DNA from: Bacteroidota bacterium
GTDB taxonomy: Bacteria; Bacteroidota; Ignavibacteria; Kapaibacteriales; UBA961
Assembly: GCA_049317525.1 (NCBI GenBank)
Contig: JBMOIC010000010.1
Coordinates: 125 to 64,124 of the forward strand
DNA length: 64,000 bases
Reading direction: 5' to 3'
Part shown: positions 1-11,821 of the stretch, piece after piece
Layout: every line of letters starts with the position of its first letter
How positions within the stretch are numbered: position 1 is the stretch's first letter
Program-made: the position numbers and the translations under genes
The notes under the pieces: model-generated
What the model was told of the DNA's origin: nothing
Database searches by the model: none
Seen by the model: only the letters and a program-made list of their open reading frames with translations

Positions 1-83
<83 letters not shown>

Positions 84-172
84 AAATTTAATCTGCAACA
101 AAAATAAGCACTTCTTTACAAGTTCACAAACTGTTTTAGAATTTAATTTTTAACACTTTAATTATCAACATA

Positions 173-2677
173 TTACAACAGTTCTAATTGGTCAGAATTA
201 GTAGGTGTTATGATTTCATTTCCTTCTACTGTGTCTGTTTCATCCTCATCTTCTTCATGAGGTACAGTAGTAATATCTGCTATTTTATCACCTTCTTCTA
301 ATCTAATCAGGCGAACACCTTGGGTATTTCTACCGATGATTCTAATATCTTTAACTTGTTGACGAATAAGAATACCGCCAACTGTCATTACTACTAAATC
401 TTCAGTATCTTGTACTTCCATGATACTGACAACTTCACCAGTTTTATCTGTAATATTCATAGATATCACACCTTTAGCACCACGTTTTGTTAGCCTGAAA
501 TCCTCATAATTGGTTCGTTTTCCATAACCTCTTTCACCAACAACGATTATTTGAGAATCTGGGCGTTTTATAGATACCATCGAGATTATTCTTTCGGTAT
601 CGCCTAATTGCATACCAATAACCCCTGCAGCAGTTCTACCCATTGGGCGTACATCACTTTCGCGGAATCTACAAGCTAAACCAGCATTAGATGCTAAAAT
701 AATATCATTTGATCCATCTGTAATTTTAGCACTAATCAAACTATCATCATCATGAAGATTAATTGCAATTTTTCCATTTGCTCTAACACTTTCGAATTCT
801 GATAATAATGTTTTCTTTACAGTACCATTAGCTGTTGCCATAAAGATATAGAGATTATCTGGGAATTCTTTTACAGTTAATGTAGCTGTTACTTTTTCTT
901 CATTGGCTTTTTCGATAACATTTGCTAAAGATCTACCTTTTGCATTTCTGCTTGCTTCGGTTAAATCATATACTTTTACTCTAAACACTCTACCGCGATC
1001 AGTAAAGAATAATAAATAATGATGCGTTGCTGCACGGAAAACTTGTTCTACATAATCATCATCATATGTACCAGCTCCGCTTGCGCCACGGCCACCTTTA
1101 TGTTGACGTCTATAATTAGTTACTGCAGTACGTTTTATAAAACCTTTATGAGAAATAGTTACAATCATTTCTTCATTGGCTATCATATCTTCCAATGTGA
1201 AATCTCTGGCATCATGAACTATCTCTGTTCTGCGTTCATCACCATATTTTTTTCGTATCTCAGCTAATTCATCGCTAATAATTTGCATCTGCAATTCTTT
1301 GCTAGCTAAAATAGATTTCAATTTTTCAATTAATTGAATAATCTCTCTATATTCAGCTTGGATTTTATCTCTTTCTAAACCAGTTAATCTTTGTAAACGC
1401 ATTTCAAGAATAGCTTTAGCCTGAATTTCAGACAAACTAAATCTTGAACGTAAATTCATACTAGCTGTTGGTGTATCTTTAGATTGCTTGATGGTTTTAA
1501 TTACTTCATCAATATTGTCTAAAGCAATAATAAAACCTTCTAAAATATGGGCTCTTCTCTCTGCAGCATCTAATTCAAACTGTGTTCTTCTAACAATTAC
1601 TTCATTTCGATGTTTTAAAAATTCTTCCATCATTTCTTTTAGTGTAAGAACCTTTGGACGGCCCTTCACTAAAGCTAACATATTAATACCAAACGTTGTT
1701 TGCAATTGTGTATGCTTATACAAATTGTTCAAAACAACCATAGGAGTGGCATCACGCTTTAACTCAATAACAATACGCATTCCATCACGATCTGATTCAT
1801 CTCTGATATCAGAAATATCTTCAATTACCTTGGCCCTTACTAAATCTGCAATTTTTTCAATTAATGAAGCCTTACCTACTTGATAAGGTAATTCAGTAAT
1901 AATAATTGTTTCTCTGGTTTTTGTAGTCTCAACACTTGCTTTAGCACGAACTAAAACACGGCCACGCCCAGTATGATAACCATCTTTTACACCTTCATAT
2001 CCGTAGATAATACCGCCTGTTGGAAAATCAGGTGCCTTTACATATTGCATCAATTCAGAAATTGTAATTTCTGGATTAATGATCAATGCTTGTAAAGCAT
2101 CAACAACTTCATTAAGATTATGAGGAGGTATATTTGTAGCCATACCTACAGCAATTCCACCCGCTCCGTTTATTAACAAAGTAGGTAAAGAAGTAGGTAA
2201 CACGGTAGGTTCTTCTAAAGAATCATCAAAGTTAGGGCGATAATCAACAGTATTTTTATCAATGTCTCGCAATGTCTCCATTGCAATTGATGCTAATTTA
2301 GATTCAGTATAACGCATAGCAGCTGGTGGATCACCATCTACAGATCCATAGTTACCCTGTCCATCAACAAGTGGATAACGCATAGACCATTCTTGAGCCA
2401 AACGCACCATTGCATCATAAACAGAAGAATCTCCATGGGGATGATATTTACCAAGAACTTCCCCAACCAGACGAGCAGATTTTTTATATGGTTTATTAGG
2501 CATTAAACCTAGTTCATACATAGCATAGAGAATTCTACGGTGAACTGGCTTTAAACCATCACGCACATCAGGTAATGCACGTGAAACTATTACAGACATT
2601 GAATAAGCAAGATAAGAAGCGCGCATTTCATCTTCTAGCATAACAGGAAGAATGCGCTCGCTAAGGAGCGATGACAT
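173..2677 (-). CDS. gyrA: DNA gyrase subunit A
   Basis: 834 aa. The N-terminus ...[21 protein letters not shown]... is the canonical GyrA/ParC signature with the active-site Tyr region. The C-terminal beta-pinwheel repeats are present. Confidence 0.95.
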   Translation of the reverse strand: MSSLLSERILPVMLEDEMRASYLAYSMSVIVSRALPDVRDGLKPVHRRILYAMYELGLMPNKPYKKSARLVGEVLGKYHPHGDSSVYDAMVRLAQEWSMRYPLVDGQGNYGSVDGDPPAAMRYTESKLASIAMETLRDIDKNTVDYRPNFDDSLEEPTVLPTSLPTLLINGAGGIAVGMATNIPPHNLNEVVDALQALIINPEITISELMQYVKAPDFPTGGIIYGYEGVKDGYHTGRGRVLVRAKASVETTKTRETIIITELPYQVGKASLIEKIADLVRAKVIEDISDIRDESDRDGMRIVIELKRDATPMVVLNNLYKHTQLQTTFGINMLALVKGRPKVLTLKEMMEEFLKHRNEVIVRRTQFELDAAERRAHILEGFIIALDNIDEVIKTIKQSKDTPTASMNLRSRFSLSEIQAKAILEMRLQRLTGLERDKIQAEYREIIQLIEKLKSILASKELQMQIISDELAEIRKKYGDERRTEIVHDARDFTLEDMIANEEMIVTISHKGFIKRTAVTNYRRQHKGGRGASGAGTYDDDYVEQVFRAATHHYLLFFTDRGRVFRVKVYDLTEASRNAKGRSLANVIEKANEEKVTATLTVKEFPDNLYIFMATANGTVKKTLLSEFESVRANGKIAINLHDDDSLISAKITDGSNDIILASNAGLACRFRESDVRPMGRTAAGVIGMQLGDTERIISMVSIKRPDSQIIVVGERGYGKRTNYEDFRLTKRGAKGVISMNITDKTGEVVSIMEVQDTEDLVVMTVGGILIRQQVKDIRIIGRNTQGVRLIRLEEGDKIADITTVPHEEDEDETDTVEGNEIITPTNSDQLELL

Positions 2678-2785
2678 AGTGTTTTTCTGAGTATTTAAGG
2701 AAAAATCTTACACGCTAAAATACGAAAAAAGCAAGTCTTGGACGCAGTATTTATTGGTTTTTCTACTTTTTTTTATTCAAGCAAA

Positions 2786-2823
2786 ATAAAAAAAGCCACC
2801 CCCCAACAATTTAGGGGATGGCT
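2786..2823 (-). terminator. Rho-independent terminator downstream of tRNA-Ser(GGA)
   Basis: On the minus strand a GC hairpin (GCCATCCCC / GGGGGGTGGC) is followed by a T7 run, immediately 3' of the tRNA. Confidence 0.5.
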
Positions 2824-2825
2824 TG

Positions 2826-2912
2826 CGGAAAGGGCGGGATTCGAACCCGCGGAACCCTTACAGGCTCACACGCTTTCCAGGCGTGCCAATTAAACCACTC
2901 TTGCACCTTTCC
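2826..2912 (-). tRNA. tRNA-Ser (anticodon GGA)
   Basis: The reverse complement is GGAAAGGTG...CACGC-CTGGAAA-GCGTG...GGGTTCGAATCCCGC-CCTTTCC-G. It has a 7-bp acceptor stem, anticodon loop CTGGAAA (anticodon GGA), a long variable arm and a T-arm GGTTCGAATCC. Confidence 0.8.
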
Positions 2913-3166
2913 GTAGTACTTTCATCACAACCAGGGCTATGATTATACCTACCTTTTTTAAAAAAGGAAAGCGAAAATAAGAATTTTGAAGGAATTTGGA
3001 ATATATAATTTGTTTAGTGCTTTAGATTATGTTTGGTAGACATATAATCATCAGGAGAAATCAAACACTAATATTGCAAATAAACCCACGATTTTATTCA
3101 TCAAAATCACGTAATTTTGTCTTAGCAAATTCATGTTTCTTCAATCCCAAACAATAACTTTAAGGA

Positions 3167-4237
3167 TTGTTAATGATTGACAATATAGTCTCGCTTTTGG
3201 GCGGCCAAGCCTCTTATTTTTTAGATCACACTTGCAATACAGTTGATAAATCTAGTTTACATCTACCTGGTGGCGACGCTGTAGATAGAATTTATTCTGT
3301 TTCAGATAGATCTAATCGTGTTTTACAAAATTTACAAAGAATTTTTTCACATGGAAGGCTTTCTGGTACAGGATATACTTCTATACTTCCTGTTGACCAA
3401 GGGATAGAACATTCTGCAGGTGCTAGCTTTGCTAAAAACCCAGCATATTTCGACCCAGAAAATATCATTACTCTTGCAATTGAAGGTGGTTGTAATGCAG
3501 TAGCTTCTACTTTTGGTGTATTAGCTATGACTTCTCGTTTATATGCCCATAAAATTCCATATATCGTCAAGATTAATCATAATGAACTTCTTACCTATCC
3601 AAATAAGGCAGATCAAATACTATTTGGAACTGTTCAGCAAGCTTATGAAATGGGCGCTGCTGCGATTGGAGCAACTATTTATTTTGGATCTCCCGAAAGC
3701 TCTAGACAAATAGTAGAAATTTCACAAGCTTTTGCACATGCACATCAATTGGGTATGGCAACTATTTTATGGTGTTATCTAAGAAATTCAGCTTTTAAAT
3801 CAGATAAAGATTATCATATTTCTGCTGATTTAACCGGCCAGGCAAATCACTTGGGTGTTACTTTAGGAGCTGATATTATTAAACAAAAATTACCTGAAAA
3901 CAATGGTGGATATTCTTCACTTAATATGGGTAATTCTAGTTATGGAAAATTAGATAATCGTATGTATTCAGAATTAAGTTCAGACCATCCAATTGATTTA
4001 TGTCGTTATCAAGTAGCAAATTGTTATATGGGCAGAATTGGACTTATCAATTCTGGTGGTGCATCCGGTTCTAATGATTTTGCAGAAGCCGCTATAACAG
4101 CAGTTATTAATAAAAGAGCTGGTGGAATGGGTTTGATTTCAGGAAGAAAAGCATTTCAAAGGCCAATGAATGAAGGCATAGCATTATTGAACACAATTCA
4201 AGATGTGTATTTATGTCCAGAAATTACCATAGCATAA
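3167..4237 (+). CDS. fbaB: class I fructose-bisphosphate aldolase (FbaB/DhnA type)
   Basis: 356 aa, collinear with E. coli FbaB. Shared motifs include [57 protein letters not shown] and [16 protein letters not shown]. The start may be 3173. Confidence 0.85.
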   Translation: MLMIDNIVSLLGGQASYFLDHTCNTVDKSSLHLPGGDAVDRIYSVSDRSNRVLQNLQRIFSHGRLSGTGYTSILPVDQGIEHSAGASFAKNPAYFDPENIITLAIEGGCNAVASTFGVLAMTSRLYAHKIPYIVKINHNELLTYPNKADQILFGTVQQAYEMGAAAIGATIYFGSPESSRQIVEISQAFAHAHQLGMATILWCYLRNSAFKSDKDYHISADLTGQANHLGVTLGADIIKQKLPENNGGYSSLNMGNSSYGKLDNRMYSELSSDHPIDLCRYQVANCYMGRIGLINSGGASGSNDFAEAAITAVINKRAGGMGLISGRKAFQRPMNEGIALLNTIQDVYLCPEITIA

Positions 4238-4247
4238 TGCAATCAAT

Positions 4248-6026
4248 ATGAAAGAATTAAAAAGATTATTCCCCTATTTGAAAAGACATAAAGCCCAACT
4301 TATGCTGGGCTTTCTTTTTGTAACATTATCTAATGTTTGTTCTACTTCTGTACCACGCTTTGTTGGGCGTATTGTAGATGGAATGCAAAGGGCTAATATA
4401 GATTCACAGGAGGTTTATCTTTCTATTGGACTTATTCTTGCGCTTACAATAGGCTCTGGTTTTTTTATGTACCTTACCAGAAGAACAATTATTGTAACAT
4501 CTCGATTAATTGAATATGAATTAAGAAATGATTTATTACAGGCTTTAGAAATTCAATCTCTTTCTTTTTTTCATGGAAATTCTACTGGCTCTTTAATGGC
4601 TTTAACAACAAATGATATTGCTGCAATGCGTGAATTCTTGGGTCCAGCTATCATGTATTCAGCCAATACTATAACTACATTTACATTTGCATTAGCCTTG
4701 ATGAGCTCGATTAATCTATCAATTACTTTATTAGCTTTGATTCCTTTACCCTTTATGGCTTTTTTAACATATAGAATTGGAAAAAAAGTACATGATGGAT
4801 TTAGAGAAGTACAAGAACAATTTTCTCATTTAACTGCACATGCTCAAGAATCATTTAGCGGTGTAAGGGTAATAAAAGCTTATCAAAGGGAAGACTATGA
4901 ATACAAGCAGTTTTCCCAACAAAGTGAAGAATATAAATTCCGAAATATTAAGCTTGCTTTTTTTCAATCATTAACAATGCCTTCTATGATGGCTTTAGTT
5001 GGTTTTTCTAATCTTTTAGTTCTTGGATATGGCGGTATTCAAGTAATTAGAAATCAGGCTACTTTAGGCGATATCACGCAATTTTTTATTTATCTAAATC
5101 AATTGATATGGCCTGTTGCAGCAATCGGCTGGGTAAGTAATTTAGTTCAAAGGGCAGCAGCATCAGCAAAAAGAGTTGGTGATATTATGGATATGATACC
5201 CTCAATATCGTATAAACAAGATGCCAATTCTTCACAACACATACAAAACCCACACATTAGTTTTCACCATGTAACAATGCAATATCCTGATAGAAAAGAT
5301 AAGGCATTAGATTCAATTACATTTGAAGTTAAAGCAGGCAGTTCACTTGGTATTGTAGGGGCAACTGGGAGCGGAAAATCAACTTTAGCAAGCCTTTTAC
5401 CTCGTCTATTCGACTTAACATCTGGCTCGATAAAGATAGATGGTATTGATATTAAAGATATTTCTTTACAAGAATTACGTTCCTGTATAGGCCTTGTTCA
5501 GCAAGAAGCATTCCTTTTTAGCATGTCACTTGCAGATAATATTCGCTTTGGCAAACCAGAAGCAAGTGAGCAAGAAATTCAAGAAGCAGCTCAATTAGCA
5601 GGCTTAGCTCAAGATATTGAAGATTTACCAAATGGGTATAATACAATTGTTGGAGAACGTGGCATAACTCTATCTGGTGGGCAAAAGCAAAGAACTGCAA
5701 TCGCAAGAGCAATTGTCCGAAATCCCAAAATATTAGTATTAGATGATGCTTTCTCTGCCGTAGATACAGCTACAGAAGAAATAATCTTAAAAGGTTTATC
5801 AACATTAATGGTAAACAGAACAACTATTCTTATCGCTCACCGTATTTCTACTGTTTCATTATGCGATAATATTATTGTTTTGCAAAAAGGTGCAATAGTA
5901 GAATCGGGTACGCATCTTGAGTTATTATCAAAAAATGGTATATATGCTTCCATGCATGAACGCCAGCAATTAGAAGAAGAATTTATTGGTTTCACAGCCG
6001 AATTAACTGCACATAATCAGGCATAA
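4248..6026 (+). CDS. ABC transporter permease/ATP-binding protein (MsbA-like exporter)
   Basis: 592 aa with an N-terminal 6-TM domain. Walker A is GATGSGKST, the ABC signature is LSGGQKQR and Walker B is ILVLDDAFSAVD. Confidence 0.85.
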   Translation: MKELKRLFPYLKRHKAQLMLGFLFVTLSNVCSTSVPRFVGRIVDGMQRANIDSQEVYLSIGLILALTIGSGFFMYLTRRTIIVTSRLIEYELRNDLLQALEIQSLSFFHGNSTGSLMALTTNDIAAMREFLGPAIMYSANTITTFTFALALMSSINLSITLLALIPLPFMAFLTYRIGKKVHDGFREVQEQFSHLTAHAQESFSGVRVIKAYQREDYEYKQFSQQSEEYKFRNIKLAFFQSLTMPSMMALVGFSNLLVLGYGGIQVIRNQATLGDITQFFIYLNQLIWPVAAIGWVSNLVQRAAASAKRVGDIMDMIPSISYKQDANSSQHIQNPHISFHHVTMQYPDRKDKALDSITFEVKAGSSLGIVGATGSGKSTLASLLPRLFDLTSGSIKIDGIDIKDISLQELRSCIGLVQQEAFLFSMSLADNIRFGKPEASEQEIQEAAQLAGLAQDIEDLPNGYNTIVGERGITLSGGQKQRTAIARAIVRNPKILVLDDAFSAVDTATEEIILKGLSTLMVNRTTILIAHRISTVSLCDNIIVLQKGAIVESGTHLELLSKNGIYASMHERQQLEEEFIGFTAELTAHNQA

Positions 6027-6029
6027 GCT

Positions 6030-6992
6030 ATGAAAATCTCAATTGTAGTACCAATGTATAATGAAGAAGGTATCATACATGCTTTTTATGAAAGAATGGA
6101 GAATACCAAACAATTATTTCTGTCAAAATGTGGTATTAATGCTCAAGAAATAGAAGTGATTTTTGTTAATGATGGGTCTAAAGATAATACTGTGAATCTT
6201 CTCAAACATCTTTGTGAACAGATTCCAGGTTATGTGCTCTTAAATTTATCAAGAAATCATGGACATCAAATTGCAATTACAGCTGGCATAGACATAGCAC
6301 TGGGTGATGCAATTGCAGTTATTGATGGAGATTTGCAAGATCCTCCAGAAACTATTGTTGATTTATATGTAACAATGTTAAAGGGTTATGATGTTGTATA
6401 TGCCGTAAGAAAAAAAAGAGATGGAGAAAGCTTTTTTAAATTGTTTACCGCTTCTTTGTTTTATCGTGTTTTAAGAAAATTAACCAATGTTGATATACCT
6501 GTTGATACTGGTGATTTTAGAATTATGAGCAGACGAGTTGTCAATGTGTTAAAATCGATGAAAGAACGCCATAGATTTATTCGTGGCATGATTAGTTGGA
6601 TAGGCTTCAATCAAATCGGTATGGAATATGAACGTAATGAAAGACATTCTGGAGAAACAAAATATACCTTAACAAAAATGATAAAATTTGCTGTTGATGG
6701 CATAACTTCATTTTCTTCAATTCCATTAAAACTATCATCTTATATTGGAATTATCACAGCATTTCTTGGCTTTTTATATAGCCTTTATATTATTATACTT
6801 AAGCTATTTATGCCCGATACGCATATTGAATTAGGTTGGGCTTCTCTTATCATATGTATTTTACTTTTAGGTGGCACGCAATTACTTGCATTAGGGATGA
6901 TTGGCGAATATTTAGGCAGAATCCACGATGAGACAAAATATCGTCCATTATATATTATAGAAGATATTTATAGGAAAGAACCTAATGAGTGA
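6030..6992 (+). CDS. GT2 polyprenyl-phosphate glycosyltransferase (GtrB/ArnC-like) with C-terminal TM helices
   Basis: The N-terminus is ISIVVPMYNEEG...FVNDGSKDNT. The DGDLQD motif and two C-terminal TM segments are present. The gene is 3 bp from the ABC gene stop. Confidence 0.8.
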   Translation: MKISIVVPMYNEEGIIHAFYERMENTKQLFLSKCGINAQEIEVIFVNDGSKDNTVNLLKHLCEQIPGYVLLNLSRNHGHQIAITAGIDIALGDAIAVIDGDLQDPPETIVDLYVTMLKGYDVVYAVRKKRDGESFFKLFTASLFYRVLRKLTNVDIPVDTGDFRIMSRRVVNVLKSMKERHRFIRGMISWIGFNQIGMEYERNERHSGETKYTLTKMIKFAVDGITSFSSIPLKLSSYIGIITAFLGFLYSLYIIILKLFMPDTHIELGWASLIICILLLGGTQLLALGMIGEYLGRIHDETKYRPLYIIEDIYRKEPNE

Positions 6993-7683
6993 ATTTGATA
7001 AATATGCATTAGAATATCAATCGATGCATGCTCAAAATGTGAAGGCTTCTGGATATGAGCCCGCTTTTTTTGATGAATATAAAGTAAAAGAAGTATATCG
7101 GAAATTGAAAATATATGGAAGAGACAAAGAACATCTACATATCCTAAACTTTGGATGTGGTATTGGTAAAAGTGAACCATTATTAAGAAAATACTTTCCT
7201 AGCTCTTCAATAATTGGTGCTGATGTTTCGCAAGATTCATTAGATATGGCTAAAAGTGCAAATAAAGATGTTCCCGGAATTCAATGGGAACTATTATCTG
7301 AAACAGGCCCAATACCATTTCCAGATACATTCGATGTCATTTTTATTGCAAATGTATTTCATCATATTCCTCATTCAGAACATATAAGAATTCTTAAGGA
7401 TTTAAAAAATCATCTGCGAGCCGGAGGAATGATTTTTATGTTTGAACATAATCCTTGGAATCCAATCACTGTAAAAACAATTAAAGATTGTCCATTCGAT
7501 ATTGATGCAGTTCTGCTTCCTCCATCTTATTCGGAACATATATATAAAGAATCTGGGTTTTCTATAAGAAAAAGAACATTTACACTGTTTTTTCCAGCTT
7601 TTGTTGGATTCCTTAGACCTTTGGAACCAATGCTAGGTTTTTTACCGTTTGGAGCTCAATACTACTATGAAGCGCGAGTTTAA
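6985..7683 (+). CDS. class I SAM-dependent methyltransferase
   Basis: Motif I is ILNFGCGIGK. The start overlaps the GT2 stop in ATGAGTGA, which suggests translational coupling. Confidence 0.7.
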   Translation: MSEFDKYALEYQSMHAQNVKASGYEPAFFDEYKVKEVYRKLKIYGRDKEHLHILNFGCGIGKSEPLLRKYFPSSSIIGADVSQDSLDMAKSANKDVPGIQWELLSETGPIPFPDTFDVIFIANVFHHIPHSEHIRILKDLKNHLRAGGMIFMFEHNPWNPITVKTIKDCPFDIDAVLLPPSYSEHIYKESGFSIRKRTFTLFFPAFVGFLRPLEPMLGFLPFGAQYYYEARV

Positions 7684-7750
7684 GACTTTTACCTTTGACG
7701 AAAAACCCTCAATTATGTATTTTAGATCTAAATTATTAAGGATATAGTTC

Positions 7751-8494
7751 ATGTCTTCTCTGTTTCAATTTCTCCGTTCAACCGTATTCACCAAAATAGT
7801 GATGGCTGTTACGGGTTTGATGATTGTTGGATTTTTAGTTGGGCATCTTCTAGGAAATCTATTGATGTTTAGCGGCCCAGAAAAAATAAATGCTTATGCA
7901 TTAGGTTTAAAAAATCTAGGACCACTTTTATGGTTAGTTAGAATAGCCATGATTTCTGCATTAGGATTGCATGTTTGGTCTTCAATAAAACTTTCGAATC
8001 GAAATCGCGATGCACGTCCGATTGCATATCAAGAAAAAAAATCACTTAAATCTACATTTGCTTCAAGAACAATGATGTATTCTGGACTAGCAATACTTTT
8101 CTTTGTTATCTATCATTTATTACATTATACTTTTGGCATTATTCAGCCTCAAACATATTTTGAAAATAGTTATACCCTTAAATCTGGAGAAGTAGTTCAT
8201 AATGTATTCAATATGGTTGTAGCTGGTTTCCAGAATCCTTTTATTGCCCTTAGCTATATGTTTGCAATCATTTTTGTTTCCGCACATGTAAGCCATTCTG
8301 TTTCTAGTGCTTTTAGAACATTAGGAATACATAATCCAAAATATTTAGCTATTACTGCTAAGATTGGCCCTGCCCTAGCAGCTATATTTCTCATTGGATA
8401 TTTATCAATTCCAATAGCAGTATTTAGTGGTATTATCAAACCGGTTTGTGATAATTCAGAAGCTTGTTCTGCTATGAAAGATTGTTGTAAATAA
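7751..8494 (+). CDS. sdhC: succinate dehydrogenase/fumarate reductase cytochrome b subunit (single-subunit, Bacteroidetes type)
   Basis: 247 aa with about 5 TM helices and conserved His. It sits immediately upstream of the flavoprotein and Fe-S subunits. There is a TTGACG...N18...TATTTT-like promoter and an AAGGA SD upstream. Confidence 0.7.
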   Translation: MSSLFQFLRSTVFTKIVMAVTGLMIVGFLVGHLLGNLLMFSGPEKINAYALGLKNLGPLLWLVRIAMISALGLHVWSSIKLSNRNRDARPIAYQEKKSLKSTFASRTMMYSGLAILFFVIYHLLHYTFGIIQPQTYFENSYTLKSGEVVHNVFNMVVAGFQNPFIALSYMFAIIFVSAHVSHSVSSAFRTLGIHNPKYLAITAKIGPALAAIFLIGYLSIPIAVFSGIIKPVCDNSEACSAMKDCCK

Positions 8495-8528
8495 ATTATA
8501 TAGACTATTCACATTTAGATATTATATC

Positions 8529-10442
8529 ATGATTCTTGATTCCAAAATACCATCTGGCCCAATTGAACAAAAATGGGATAAACACAGGGCTGAAGTTAAG
8601 CTTGTTAATCCTGCTAATAAGCGAAAGTATAGAATATTGGTAGTAGGTAGTGGTCTTGCAGGTGCATCTGCTGCTGCATCTTTAGCAGAATTAGGCTATA
8701 ATGTAGATTGCTTTACATTTCATGATTCACCTCGTAGAGCCCATAGCATTGCAGCTCAAGGTGGAATAAATGCAGCAAAAAATTATCAAAATGATGGCGA
8801 TAGTATCTACCGTCTTTTTTATGATACAGTAAAAGGTGGAGATTTTAGAGCTCGTGAAGGTAATGTATATAGATTAGCCCAAGTTAGTACAAATATTATC
8901 GATCAATGCGTAGCCCAAGGCGTACCATTTGCAAGAGAATATGGTGGATACTTATCTAATAGATCATTTGGTGGGGCTCAAGTATCTAGAACGTTTTATG
9001 CAAAAGGACAAACAGGACAACAATTATTGCTTGGTGCATATTCAGCTTTATCAAGACAAATTGGTGCTGGAACTGTTACCATGCATACACGTTCTGAAAT
9101 GATGGAATTAGTAGTTGTCGATGGCCATGCTAAAGGAATTGTAACAAGAGATTTAGTTTCAGGTAAAATAGAATCATGGGCTGGAGATGCTGTCATTCTT
9201 GCTACTGGTGGATATTCTAATGTATTTTATCTATCAACCAATGCAATGGCTTGCAATGTAACGTCTATATGGAGAGCACATAAAAAAGGTGCGGGTTTAG
9301 CTAATCCATGCTTTACTCAAATTCATCCAACTTCTATTCCTCAACATGGTGAATATCAATCTAAATTAACATTGATGAGTGAATCTCTTCGTAATGATGG
9401 GCGTGTTTGGGTACCAAAATCAGCTACTGAAAAAAGGGCACCACATGAAATTCCAGAAAACGACAGAGATTATTATTTAGAAAGAAAATATCCATCTTTT
9501 GGTAATTTATCTCCTAGAGATATTGCTTCTAGAGCTGCCAAAGAAGTGTGTGATGAAGGACGCGGCGTTGGGCCCGGTGGACGCGGAGTATATCTTGATT
9601 TTTCTGCAGCAATACATCGTCTTGGCGAAAAAACCATTGCCGAACGCTATGGAAACTTATTCGAAATGTATGAAAGAATCACTGGCGAAAATCCTTATAA
9701 AATTCCAATGCGTATATATCCAGCCCCTCATTATACAATGGGTGGTTTATGGGTAGATTATAATTTGATGAGCACTATTCCTGGATTACATGTATTAGGT
9801 GAAGCTAATTTTTCTGATCATGGAGCAAATAGATTAGGCGCAAGTGCGCTTATGCAAGGCTTAGCTGATGGATATTTTGTGATTCCATATACAATAGGTC
9901 ATTATCTTGCAACAGATACCGGAAATAAGGTTGGTACAGATCACCCTGAATTCAAAAAAGCTGAAGCTGAAGTACAAGCGCGTTTACATACATTCTTATC
10001 TATAAAAGGAAAAAGAACTACTTCTTCTTTTCATAGAGAATTAGGAATGTTAATGTGGAATAATTGCGGAATGGCTAGAAGCGAAGCTAGCCTTCAACAA
10101 GCATTAAGCCGTATTCCCGAGATTAAAGAAGAATTCTGGAACAATCTGAATGTATTAGGTTCTGGCTTAGAAATGAATAATGCCTTGGAACAAGCTGGAA
10201 GAGTTGCAGATTTCATAGAGTTTGCAGAATTGATGTGTTGGGATGCCCTAGATAGAGATGAATCATGTGGTGGACATTTCCGCACAGAACATCAAACTCA
10301 AGATGGTGAAGCTAAAAGGAATGATCAGGATTTTTGCCATTCAGCAGTTTGGGAATATACTGGCACAAATAGCAAATCTATTAGACACAAAGAAGAATTA
10401 ACATTTGAGAATATTCAGCTTGCTACAAGGAGCTATAAATAA
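8529..10442 (+). CDS. sdhA: succinate dehydrogenase/fumarate reductase flavoprotein subunit
   Basis: 637 aa. It has the FAD-binding [12 protein letters not shown], the covalent-FAD His region, the HYTMGG motif and a C-terminal capping domain. Confidence 0.9.
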   Translation: MILDSKIPSGPIEQKWDKHRAEVKLVNPANKRKYRILVVGSGLAGASAAASLAELGYNVDCFTFHDSPRRAHSIAAQGGINAAKNYQNDGDSIYRLFYDTVKGGDFRAREGNVYRLAQVSTNIIDQCVAQGVPFAREYGGYLSNRSFGGAQVSRTFYAKGQTGQQLLLGAYSALSRQIGAGTVTMHTRSEMMELVVVDGHAKGIVTRDLVSGKIESWAGDAVILATGGYSNVFYLSTNAMACNVTSIWRAHKKGAGLANPCFTQIHPTSIPQHGEYQSKLTLMSESLRNDGRVWVPKSATEKRAPHEIPENDRDYYLERKYPSFGNLSPRDIASRAAKEVCDEGRGVGPGGRGVYLDFSAAIHRLGEKTIAERYGNLFEMYERITGENPYKIPMRIYPAPHYTMGGLWVDYNLMSTIPGLHVLGEANFSDHGANRLGASALMQGLADGYFVIPYTIGHYLATDTGNKVGTDHPEFKKAEAEVQARLHTFLSIKGKRTTSSFHRELGMLMWNNCGMARSEASLQQALSRIPEIKEEFWNNLNVLGSGLEMNNALEQAGRVADFIEFAELMCWDALDRDESCGGHFRTEHQTQDGEAKRNDQDFCHSAVWEYTGTNSKSIRHKEELTFENIQLATRSYK

Positions 10443-11194
10443 TGAATTTACAACTTAAAGTATGGCGTCAGCAGAATGCAAATACAAAAGGTAATTTTAC
10501 TGATTATACCTTAAATGAAATAAGCCCAGATATGTCATTCTTAGAAATGCTTGATGTTTTAAATGAACAATTATTAGGCAAAGGACAAGATCCAGTAGCA
10601 TTTGATCATGATTGTCGCGAAGGTATTTGTGGGTCCTGCTCTATGATGATTAATGGCAAACCTCATGGCCCAGAAAATATGACAACTACATGTCAATTAC
10701 ATATGCGTAAATTTAATGATGGCGATAATATTGTCATTGAACCATGGAGAGCAAGCGCATTCCCCGTTATCAAAGATTTATCTGTTAATAGAAGTGCATT
10801 TGATAGAATAATTCAAGCTGGTGGTTTTATATCAGTTAATACTGGTAATGCTCAAGATGGGAATACTCTTCCTATACCAAAACCAGACGCTGACGCTGCA
10901 ATGGATGCTGCTGCATGTATTGGTTGCGGAGCATGCGTAGCAGCATGCAAGAATGCATCTGCTATGCTATTTACTGCTGCTAAAGTTGCTCATTTGGGAT
11001 ATTTACCACAAGGACAACCAGAACGCCATAAAAGAGTTTTAAGAATGGTACATCAAATGGATAGCGAAGGTTTTGGGAACTGCACAAATACTTTGGATTG
11101 CGAAGCCGCTTGCCCTAAAGGAATAAGTGCTGATAATATTGCAAAACTAAACCAAGATTACTTGAAAGCTAAATTGAAAGGCATTTCTGCTTAA
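10442..11194 (+). CDS. sdhB: succinate dehydrogenase/fumarate reductase iron-sulfur subunit
   Basis: The 2Fe-2S region is [11 protein letters not shown] and there are [11 protein letters not shown] and CPKG cluster motifs. The start overlaps the sdhA stop (TAATG). Confidence 0.9.
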   Translation: MNLQLKVWRQQNANTKGNFTDYTLNEISPDMSFLEMLDVLNEQLLGKGQDPVAFDHDCREGICGSCSMMINGKPHGPENMTTTCQLHMRKFNDGDNIVIEPWRASAFPVIKDLSVNRSAFDRIIQAGGFISVNTGNAQDGNTLPIPKPDADAAMDAAACIGCGACVAACKNASAMLFTAAKVAHLGYLPQGQPERHKRVLRMVHQMDSEGFGNCTNTLDCEAACPKGISADNIAKLNQDYLKAKLKGISA

Positions 11195-11198
11195 ATGT

Positions 11199-11230
11199 AA
11201 AAGGGATATCACATGATATCCCTTTTTTTA
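11199..11230. terminator. bidirectional intrinsic terminator between sdhB and the convergent downstream gene
   Basis: AAAGGGATATCACATGATATCCCTTTTTTTA is a perfect inverted repeat. It is flanked by an A-run on one side and a T-run on the other. Confidence 0.6.
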
Positions 11231-11809
11231 TTTACCTAATAATTTAAGTTTCAAATCTTTATCAGCTGGATTATCACATAACCAAATACCGAATAGTGCT
11301 TTTTTAAAGTCTAAACCAGGTATCATTGCAGACAGCTTACCATTTCTTATAATAGACAAACCCTTAGATGGTTCATACTGAAATACATATTGATCCCCTT
11401 TCTTAATCTCATCCTTAAAGATCTGTTTAAATTGATTAATTCTAGATTGCAAAGATGAAACTGAATTATTTGTTGATTTGATAAATCCTTCATCTACGGC
11501 ATCAGACATCTTTTGGGAAGTAATCAATCCACTAACAATAGTTAATTCCATCACCATCATCTCATTTGCTGCTATAATCTCAGAGGCATTTTGAGTTTTT
11601 GCTTTTACAAACAAAGCTCCAACATACATATCCATCCAAAACTTTTCTCTTGTTCCAGCTCCATTTAATACTAATTGTTGGTCAGATACTTTCATAGTAC
11701 TGGGAATTTTTATTCCGCCAATTTCTTGGTCTGCCTTCATTGTATAAATACAAACAAAAATGAATATCACAAGGTAATTCATAGAACACACTTCATAAAT
11801 AATAAACAA
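11228..11809 (-). CDS. chalcone-isomerase-like (Chalcone_3 family) secreted protein
   Basis: LVLNGAGTREKFWMDMYVGALF resembles the bacterial CHI-like family. The signal peptide is more likely to begin at the internal Met (MNYLVIFIF..., about 11782). Confidence 0.45.
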   Translation of the reverse strand: MFIIYEVCSMNYLVIFIFVCIYTMKADQEIGGIKIPSTMKVSDQQLVLNGAGTREKFWMDMYVGALFVKAKTQNASEIIAANEMMVMELTIVSGLITSQKMSDAVDEGFIKSTNNSVSSLQSRINQFKQIFKDEIKKGDQYVFQYEPSKGLSIIRNGKLSAMIPGLDFKKALFGIWLCDNPADKDLKLKLLGK

Positions 11810-11821
11810 GAATCTATATCA

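Noticed and set aside
1019-1883. Plus-strand ORFs 1019..1267 and 1488..1883 inside gyrA
   Set aside because: They are antisense to a highly conserved gyrA reading frame. They have Cys/Ile/Phe-rich low-complexity translations typical of AT-rich antisense frames, and no start context.
3292-3570. Minus-strand 92-aa ORF inside fbaB
   Set aside because: It is antisense to a strongly conserved aldolase. It is likely a chance ORF.
5518-5712. Minus-strand 64-aa ORF inside the ABC transporter gene
   Set aside because: It overlaps the conserved ATPase domain on the opposite strand and has no supporting signal.
8254-10285. Several short antisense or alternate-frame ORFs within sdhC and sdhA (8254..8439, 8996..9196, 9499..9756, 10094..10285)
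   Set aside because: They are nested in conserved sdh genes, and their composition is consistent with random frames.
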